DNA from: Rubricoccaceae bacterium
GTDB taxonomy: Bacteria > Bacteroidota > Rhodothermia > Rhodothermales > Rubricoccaceae
Length of the DNA: 64,000 nt
Assembly (NCBI GenBank): GCA_963811175.1
Contig: CAWEQE010000002.1
Span: forward strand, 276,797-340,796
Reading direction: 5' to 3'
Part shown: one piece after another, positions 57,674 through 64,000 of the stretch
Layout of the letters: every line of letters begins with the position of its first letter
How positions within the stretch are numbered: the stretch's first letter is position 1
Notes under the pieces: model-generated
The model's database searches: none
What the model saw: the letters and a program-made list of their open reading frames with translations, nothing else
Told to the model about the DNA's origin: nothing
Made by a program: the position numbers and the translations under genes

Positions 57674-59163
57674 GTCGACGCTCTTTCCAATCCCGCATCG
57701 GTCTCTCACTCGTTGTCCTCCTCTTCCTTTCTGCCTGCGGCACGTCTAACGTCAACTACGTGACAGGAGAAAAGCAGCAGGGGGCGTACACGTGGGCCCA
57801 GGAGGTTCAGCTAGGAACGGAGGCCGACCAACAGATCCAGGCTGCTTACGGTCTGTACGACGCTGATCCCGCTTTGACAGCATATGTAGAGCGGATTGCG
57901 CAGGATGTGCTGACAACGAGTGCCTACACGGACCCGACCACACCTGTGGAAGTCCGCAACACGGAGTTTCACTTCCGAATCCTCGACTCTCCCGTTGTCA
58001 ACGCATTCGCGTTACCTGGCGGGTACGTCTACGTCACCCGGGGATTGCTGGCGTATCTGGAGAATGAGGCTCAACTGTCCGTCGTCCTCGGCCATGAGAT
58101 CGGACACGTGCTGGGTCGCCATTCGTCGCGTCAGGCGTTCGAGGCCCAGCGGAACCAACTCGGCCTGATCGGAGCGGCCGTCCTGGGCGGCGTTCTGGGA
58201 GGGGGAAACGTGGCCGAGGGGCTTCTCAACTACGGAGGTGCTGGCCTCCAGCTTCTCCAGCTCAAGAATGGCAGACAGGCGGAGCGTGAGGCGGACCGAG
58301 CTGGCGTTGCTTACTCGGAGTTCGCCGGCTACGATGCCGAACAGGCCGCTCGTTTCTTCGTCGCTTTGCAGCGGCTCGGCGAGGCGTCTGGGCAGGGGGG
58401 AATCCCCAACTTCCTCTCGACTCATCCAGATCCGGGGGAGCGTGCCCAGACAATTCCAGATCTCGCTTCCCAGTATGACCCGCGAGGGACGGAGGTAGAC
58501 GCAGCCGAGTATCTCCAGCACATCGAAGGGATCGTCATTGGCGAGGACCCTCGCCAGGGATTCGTCGAGGGGAACGTGTTCTACCACCCGGAGCTTCGGT
58601 TCCGCTTTTCTTTCCCTGCTGGCTGGCAGACGCAGAATACTCCGGCAGCCTTTGTGATGTCTGAGCCCAACGGGCAGGCGGCGATGCAACTAACCCTGTC
58701 GGATGAGACTTCTGCCGAGGCTGCGGCACGCTCTTTTGCGTCTCAGCAAGGGATCCAGGTGACGGGAAGTCAGTCAATCACGATCAATGGGAACCCAGCG
58801 TATCGAGTAGAGGGGCGCGCTCAGCAGCAAAATGGGACGCTCGGCTTTTCGGCCACTTTTATCGATTTTGGAGGCAACGTGTACCAACTTCTCGGCATCA
58901 CCTCTGCTGACCTGTTCTCGCAGTACGTCCGCCAGTTTCGCTCGACTGCTGACAGCTTTGGCCGCCTAACGGAGAGTCGGTACCTCAACCGTCAGCCCAG
59001 CCGCTTGGAAGTGATGAGGACGAGTGGCCCTACGAGCATTGAGGCTCTTCTTCAGGGACGAACTCTCCCCACCGGATTGTCGGCCGTCGAGATCTCCATC
59101 ATGAATCAAGTCGGCTTGTCTGAAGTGATTCCCACTGGCCGATCGGTGAAACTACCCGAGTAA
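57670..59163 (+). CDS. M48-family metalloprotease (lipoprotein)
   Basis: Lipobox LSAC; VNAFALPGG, HEIGH, EREAD, FLSTHP. Confidence 0.9.
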   Translation: MSRRSFQSRIGLSLVVLLFLSACGTSNVNYVTGEKQQGAYTWAQEVQLGTEADQQIQAAYGLYDADPALTAYVERIAQDVLTTSAYTDPTTPVEVRNTEFHFRILDSPVVNAFALPGGYVYVTRGLLAYLENEAQLSVVLGHEIGHVLGRHSSRQAFEAQRNQLGLIGAAVLGGVLGGGNVAEGLLNYGGAGLQLLQLKNGRQAEREADRAGVAYSEFAGYDAEQAARFFVALQRLGEASGQGGIPNFLSTHPDPGERAQTIPDLASQYDPRGTEVDAAEYLQHIEGIVIGEDPRQGFVEGNVFYHPELRFRFSFPAGWQTQNTPAAFVMSEPNGQAAMQLTLSDETSAEAAARSFASQQGIQVTGSQSITINGNPAYRVEGRAQQQNGTLGFSATFIDFGGNVYQLLGITSADLFSQYVRQFRSTADSFGRLTESRYLNRQPSRLEVMRTSGPTSIEALLQGRTLPTGLSAVEISIMNQVGLSEVIPTGRSVKLPE

Positions 59164-59239
59164 GCGAGCAGGCAATCTGTACTGCGTCGACCGTGACGCG
59201 AACAGCGAGGTCCTGCCCTCTCGTCCGCTTCCCTACCGC

Positions 59240-59659
59240 TTATGAGGGCGATGGAGGGGGGATCACTACCGCTTCGCCGCCGAGCGCCATTTTGCCGCCC
59301 GTATATGCATACATCCGCATTTTCACATGGTGATGGCGTTCAAGCTTTTCGGACACCTTTACTTCGATCCTCACCTCCTCACCCACGGGAACAGGGCGGA
59401 GGAACTTCGCCGAAAGCGACACGGCGATTGAGCCCGGGCCTGGAAAGTCTCGTCCCAACACTTTCGAGGCGAGCCCCAGGATGTACACCCCATGCACGAC
59501 TGGACGTCCAAAGCGGCTGTTCCGCCCGGCCTCTTCGTCGATATGGATCGGGTTGTCATCGCCTGTGATGTCGGCGAACGAGCGAACATCATCCATCGTT
59601 AGAACCCGCGACCATGAGTAGGTGTCGCCAACGGAGAGGGAGTCGTACGTGTGGGCCAT
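59240..59659 (-). CDS. MaoC-family dehydratase
   Basis: FADITGDDNPIH, VVHG, FPGPGSI, FLRPV. Confidence 0.9.
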   Translation of the reverse strand: MAHTYDSLSVGDTYSWSRVLTMDDVRSFADITGDDNPIHIDEEAGRNSRFGRPVVHGVYILGLASKVLGRDFPGPGSIAVSLSAKFLRPVPVGEEVRIEVKVSEKLERHHHVKMRMYAYTGGKMALGGEAVVIPPPSPS

Positions 59660-59858
59660 GGGTCTAGAAGGAGAGGAGCACAGAGGCTACCAAGGCCGTG
59701 AACGTCATGCCAGGTTTTTCCCTCACTCCTCGTTCGAGGTGCGACCGGCCACCTCTTCATTCGAAGACGAGGACAAGCATCTAGATTTCGCCTGCGGCAG
59801 TTGTACTTGTACATGACGCTCTTGAGTCCCCCTGGCACCAATCGGCATTCCAGGAGGG

Positions 59859-59874
59859 GGTTCCACGTGAAACG
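59859..59874. other. parS centromere-like site
   Basis: gGTTCCACGTGAAACg: 14-bp parS core, intergenic between MaoC and MMPL. Confidence 0.75.
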
Positions 59875-59926
59875 TTCAGCGTAGAGATCCCACAACCCCC
59901 TCACCCCGTAGCGCTCTAGCATCTCC

Positions 59927-62521
59927 GTGTTCGACCGATTTCGAGGCGTCCCAAGATGGATCGCGGTGCACCCGTATGCCGTGGTTGCTGTGGCCGTCGC
60001 ACTGGCAGCACTCGGGCTGTGGAGGGCTACGGCCCTGAAAGTAGATGCCGACATCGTCACGCTGCTTCCGCCGGAGTACGAGAGCGTGCAAGCGCTCCAA
60101 CGCCTGCAGGAAGCGGTAGGGGCAGAGACGACCGTAGACGTCGCAATCGCCAGCTCCGAATTCGACGACAACCTCGAGTTCGCGACAGACTTCGTTCCGG
60201 CGATGTTGAGCCTAACCGCTCCGGACGGGTCGGACTACTTCACGCGGGTCGACTTCAAGAGGGACATCGGATTCGTCTCGGCCAATGCCCTCTACTTCGC
60301 GACGTTCGACGAGATCGACCGACTGGAGAGGTTCCTGAGAGGCCAGGCGCAGCAGGTGCGATCCGCGACCGACCCGCTTCGGATGAACCTGTTCCAGATA
60401 GCGAGCGACAGCGTCGAGGCGGCCCGCCAGCGAGACGCAGATCGGCTCCGAGCAGACCTCGCACAGATCGCGCTCTCAGAGTACCTCGTCAGTCCAGACT
60501 CGACGACGCTGGTCGTTCGGTTCTACCCGACGGGCTCTCAGACGGACCTCGCGTTCGTTGAGAGACTGTACGCGGACGTCGACTCTCTGGTGGACCGAAT
60601 GAACCCGTCGGACTACGCGGCCGACATGGTGGTGACACCTGCGGGGCGGCTCCTCCGACAGACCATCGAAGTCCGATCCATCACGAACGATGTGCGGAAC
60701 TCGTTCGGAGCTGGCGTGCTGGCGGTGATCCTGTCCGTCGTTCTCTACTTCCTCTACAAGTCAGTTCAAGCAAGAACGGGAGGGAGGCTCGTGTGGAGCG
60801 TGGTGTTCAGCGAGTTGCTGAGAACGCCGGTGACGGCACTGCTCCTCACCCTGCCGCTCCTTATCAGTCTGTCGTGGGCAGGAGGCGTTGCGGCGGTGGC
60901 ATTCGGAACGTTGAACCTGATGACGTCAACGCTCGGCCTCATTCTCTTTGGGCTCGGTATCGACTACGGCATCCACTTTTACGCCCGCTACGCCGAAGAG
61001 CGGGGAGCTGGGAAGAACGTAGAGGATGCCGTGGAAGAGACGTTCGTCAGCACGGGCCAGGGGATCGCCGTATCCGCATGTACCACCGCGTGCGCCTTGT
61101 TCGTGTTGCAACTCGCTGACTTCCGCGGGTTCAGCGAGTTCGGGCTGATCGGCGGGCTTGGAATCCTGTTCGCGCTGCTCTCCATGCTGACGGTGCTCCC
61201 CGCGCTCCTCAGCATCGCGGAGCGGACGGGGGCGCTGAACCTCCGTGCACGTGGGGAGGCGTCGCCGTACGATCCAGACACCCGTTTCCCGTTCTCTCGG
61301 ACGATCGTAGTCGCCTGTCTCGTCCTGGTGGTGGCGAGTGGGGCCGTCGCGCCCGAGACGTCGTTCGAGTACAACTTCTCGAAGCTGGAGCCGGAGTACG
61401 ACGAATACTATCGGCGTGCCGAGGCGCTCGCCCCCGTCTTCGGGCAGAGCGAGCGCCGAAACCCGGCCTACATCCTCCTCGACAATACGGAGGACGTCCG
61501 CCAAGTCTCCGAGGCGTTGGAGGGACTGGCTGCATCCGACTCCCTCATCCTGACGGTCGAAAGCTTGCAGGAGCGGTTCCCCACGGATGAGAGGACGACG
61601 GAGGAGAAGTTGAACCGTCTCGCTCAGATCCGCGCGGTGCTCGACGACCCGTTCCTGATCGCGGACACGACGGGACAGGTGGAGCGGCTGCGACAGGCGG
61701 CCTCCGCGACGGAGCCGATCCCACTCGATAGTGTGCCTCCGTTCATCACCCGCCAGTTCACGACTCGCGAGGGAGAGCTTGGCAACTTCGTGATCGTCTT
61801 TCCACGTGGAAACATGGCCGACGGGAGGCGCTCTCTCCGATTTGCAGAACTGATCGGCAAGGTGACGACCGAAGACGGGGGAGAGTTTTACGCGGCGTCC
61901 ACGCAACTCGTCGCCGCCGATATGCTCCGGCTGATGCAAGAGGAGAGCCCGTTGATGATCGGAGTCACGTTCTTACTCGTCTTCGTGCTGGTGTTCGTTT
62001 CGTTCCGGTCGTTCCGGTGGACTCTCGTCGCCATCACGCCGCTGGCGGTCGGGCTGGTGTGGATGATGGGCATGATGGTGCTGTTCGACATCCGACTGAC
62101 GTTCTACAATCTCGTGGTGCTCCCCACGGTGCTCGGCGTCGGGAACGACGGGGGCGTCCACCTGACCCACCGATACCAAGAAGAGGGGAGGGGCTCCATC
62201 CGGCGAGTCCTCCGCTCTACGGGCGAGCACGTCACGATGGGAGCGCTCACCAACCTCATCGGGTTCGGCGGCCTCCTGCTGTCGTCACATCCCGGCCTCC
62301 GATCCATCGGCGTGCTGGCCGTCGTAGGGATCAGCACCACATTGGCGGCCACACTCGTCTTCTATCCCGCTCTCTTGCAGGTGCTCGAAGACAACCGATG
62401 GCTCGACGGGCCTCGACGCCAGCGCCGCCGTTATGACCTGGGCGACCTCCGCGCGCTACGCCGACCGACTTTCCGGCTTCACGCAGACGACGGCAAACCT
62501 AACGGTGAAACGACTGTCTAG
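59927..62521 (+). CDS. MMPL/RND-family transporter
   Basis: Two RND halves; GLGIDYGIH and GVGNDGGVH. Confidence 0.9.
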   Translation: MFDRFRGVPRWIAVHPYAVVAVAVALAALGLWRATALKVDADIVTLLPPEYESVQALQRLQEAVGAETTVDVAIASSEFDDNLEFATDFVPAMLSLTAPDGSDYFTRVDFKRDIGFVSANALYFATFDEIDRLERFLRGQAQQVRSATDPLRMNLFQIASDSVEAARQRDADRLRADLAQIALSEYLVSPDSTTLVVRFYPTGSQTDLAFVERLYADVDSLVDRMNPSDYAADMVVTPAGRLLRQTIEVRSITNDVRNSFGAGVLAVILSVVLYFLYKSVQARTGGRLVWSVVFSELLRTPVTALLLTLPLLISLSWAGGVAAVAFGTLNLMTSTLGLILFGLGIDYGIHFYARYAEERGAGKNVEDAVEETFVSTGQGIAVSACTTACALFVLQLADFRGFSEFGLIGGLGILFALLSMLTVLPALLSIAERTGALNLRARGEASPYDPDTRFPFSRTIVVACLVLVVASGAVAPETSFEYNFSKLEPEYDEYYRRAEALAPVFGQSERRNPAYILLDNTEDVRQVSEALEGLAASDSLILTVESLQERFPTDERTTEEKLNRLAQIRAVLDDPFLIADTTGQVERLRQAASATEPIPLDSVPPFITRQFTTREGELGNFVIVFPRGNMADGRRSLRFAELIGKVTTEDGGEFYAASTQLVAADMLRLMQEESPLMIGVTFLLVFVLVFVSFRSFRWTLVAITPLAVGLVWMMGMMVLFDIRLTFYNLVVLPTVLGVGNDGGVHLTHRYQEEGRGSIRRVLRSTGEHVTMGALTNLIGFGGLLLSSHPGLRSIGVLAVVGISTTLAATLVFYPALLQVLEDNRWLDGPRRQRRRYDLGDLRALRRPTFRLHADDGKPNGETTV

Positions 62522-62624
62522 AAAGTCCGCCAGCCCCTCCCAGTTTTCCCACAGTCTCTGGATGAAGAGAGGTACAGTTAAGCATAAACATCATTGTGTT
62601 AAATATTTAGACAGAAAAAATACG

Positions 62625-63770
62625 TCAGATTCGGGCGCCACGCGGGCTCATGGCACCTCGATAGAACTCGACCATGCGATGGAGGACGGCGGGCCAGTCG
62701 TATTCGCGGGCCGAGTCGCGAGCGGCGGCTCCGAGCCGAGATCGTAGGTCCGCGTCAGAGACGAGGAGGCCGGTCTGCTCCACGAAACAGCCGGTCGTAC
62801 GTGGGGGGCAGAGGAGGCCGGTGACGCCGTCTCGGACTAGACTCCGGCTTCCCGCGGCGTCCGCACAGACAACGGGGAGCCCGGACGCCATGGCTTCTAG
62901 TGTGACGTTCCCAAACGTCTCCGTCTCACTAGGAAAGAGGAACACGTCGGACGACGCATACGCGGTCGCGAGGTCGGAGCCGCTGAGGTGCCCGCTGAAC
63001 ACCGCGTCGGGCAACTCGGCGCCGAGCGCTTCCCGCGCGGGCCCCTCGCCGACGACGAGGGCGCGGATGGGCCGATCCGCGCGCTGAAGCTGGCGGACCG
63101 TCTCGACGAACACGTCCAGGCCCTTTTCTTTCACGAGTCGGCTCACGAACGTGACGACGATATCGGAGGGAGCAAGTCCCTGAGCTCGCCGCCAGTCCTC
63201 GGAGCGGAACGAGGGGGAGAACCGGTCGAGCTCGATCCCACGCGGCCAAATGCGGATCGGGGCGGCGATGCCGTGGTCGCGCAGCGCCTGCTCCATCGAG
63301 GGCGTCGGGACGTAGACCTCGTCGCAGCGGTTGTAGAAGTGCCGGGCGACCGCCCACAGAGCCGGTTCGCCGAACCCGAGGCCGTAGTACGAGAGGTAGG
63401 ACGGGAAGTGGGTGTGATACGTCGAGACCACGGTGAGCTTCTGCCTACGCGCCCACGTCACCGCGCGGTGACCCAACACGTCCGGTGTGGCGACGTGGAC
63501 GAGGTCGGGCCGGAACGCCTCGATCCGCTGGCGGAGCGCGCGCGGGAACCCGACCGTAAACCGATACTCCGGACGCCCAGGGATGGGAACGGAAGGAGCC
63601 GCGAGGAAGGGTCCCGGCTGGTCGAGCGGGTCGTCGATGGTCGGGCCGACGACGAGAACCTCGTGCCCCTCGCGCTCCAAGTACCCGACGAGCCGGCCGA
63701 GCGTCCGCGAGACGCCGTCCTCAATGTGATTGTAGTTGCCCGTGAACAGGGCGATCCGGAGGGGCGACAC
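62625..63770 (-). CDS. GT4-family glycosyltransferase
   Basis: RIALFTGNY...GVSRT, VHVATP, YHTHF, EKG, ETFGNVTLEAMASGLPVV. Start approximate. Confidence 0.9.
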   Translation of the reverse strand: MSPLRIALFTGNYNHIEDGVSRTLGRLVGYLEREGHEVLVVGPTIDDPLDQPGPFLAAPSVPIPGRPEYRFTVGFPRALRQRIEAFRPDLVHVATPDVLGHRAVTWARRQKLTVVSTYHTHFPSYLSYYGLGFGEPALWAVARHFYNRCDEVYVPTPSMEQALRDHGIAAPIRIWPRGIELDRFSPSFRSEDWRRAQGLAPSDIVVTFVSRLVKEKGLDVFVETVRQLQRADRPIRALVVGEGPAREALGAELPDAVFSGHLSGSDLATAYASSDVFLFPSETETFGNVTLEAMASGLPVVCADAAGSRSLVRDGVTGLLCPPRTTGCFVEQTGLLVSDADLRSRLGAAARDSAREYDWPAVLHRMVEFYRGAMSPRGARI

Positions 63771-63831
63771 AGAGAAAGCGTGGGACGTGGGGCGTGAGGA
63801 AGATCGCATCCCATGCCCTCCGCCCCACGCT

Positions 63832-64000
63832 CTACGCGTCGGTCGTCAACACGTCGCGGAGGAACCGGCCCGTATGGCTCTCCTCCACCGCAGCCACCTG
63901 CTCCGGCGTGCCTTCCGCGACCAGGAAACCGCCGCGCCGACCCCCCTCCGGCCCGATGTCGATCACCCAGTCGGCCGCCTTGATCACGTCCAGGTTGTGC
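63832..64000 (-). CDS. uvrA: Excinuclease ABC subunit A, C-terminal fragment
   Basis: Manual translation: [24 protein letters not shown]...[18 protein letters not shown]. Confidence 0.92.
   Translation of the reverse strand, partial: HNLDVIKAADWVIDIGPEGGRRGGFLVAEGTPEQVAAVEESHTGRFLRDVLTTDA

Noticed and set aside
61799-61812. TTTCCACGTGGAAA palindrome as a third parS
   Set aside because: The outer G/C pair of the consensus is missing and it lies in coding sequence; at best a weak site.
1-64000. CRISPR arrays, integrases, transposases, prophage genes
   Set aside because: No regularly spaced repeat-spacer units or recognisable mobility motifs were seen; the repeats found are short heptamer hairpins.

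Overview
High-GC bacterial chromosomal window. The rplM-rpsI-rpsB-tsf order, C-rich start contexts without Shine-Dalgarno sequences and the gene content suggest a Rhodothermota (Rubrivirga-like) genome; this is an inference. (1) 1-12.9 kb, minus strand: a capsule/EPS export locus (Wzc, SLBB protein, WecA-like initiator) that runs directly into a lasso-peptide-type RiPP set. That set comprises a PqqD/RRE, B2 leader protease, Asn-synthetase-like cyclase lacking Cys1, candidate precursor, nucleotidyltransferase, HPr-kinase-like kinase and an EEP phosphatase. (2) 13-34.8 kb: tRNA-Ser, frr-pyrH, tsf-rpsB-rpsI-rplM, an ECF/anti-sigma pair, ruvA, phoB/phoR, secreted Cys/DD repeat proteins, ilvE and an M16 peptidase pair. 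(3) 34.8-35.4 kb: an intergenic region with many DnaA-box-like 9-mers, a tandem box-GGCC-DnaA-trio-AT-rich module and no neighbouring dnaA, most likely oriC. (4) 35.5-64 kb: comEC, nusB, ychF, malic enzyme, mfd, murQ, a frameshifted CHAT protease, recF, M48 protease, MMPL transporter, GT4 and uvrA (partial). Two parS sites lie in a visibly lower-GC zone here. No CRISPR array, integrase or transposase was seen.
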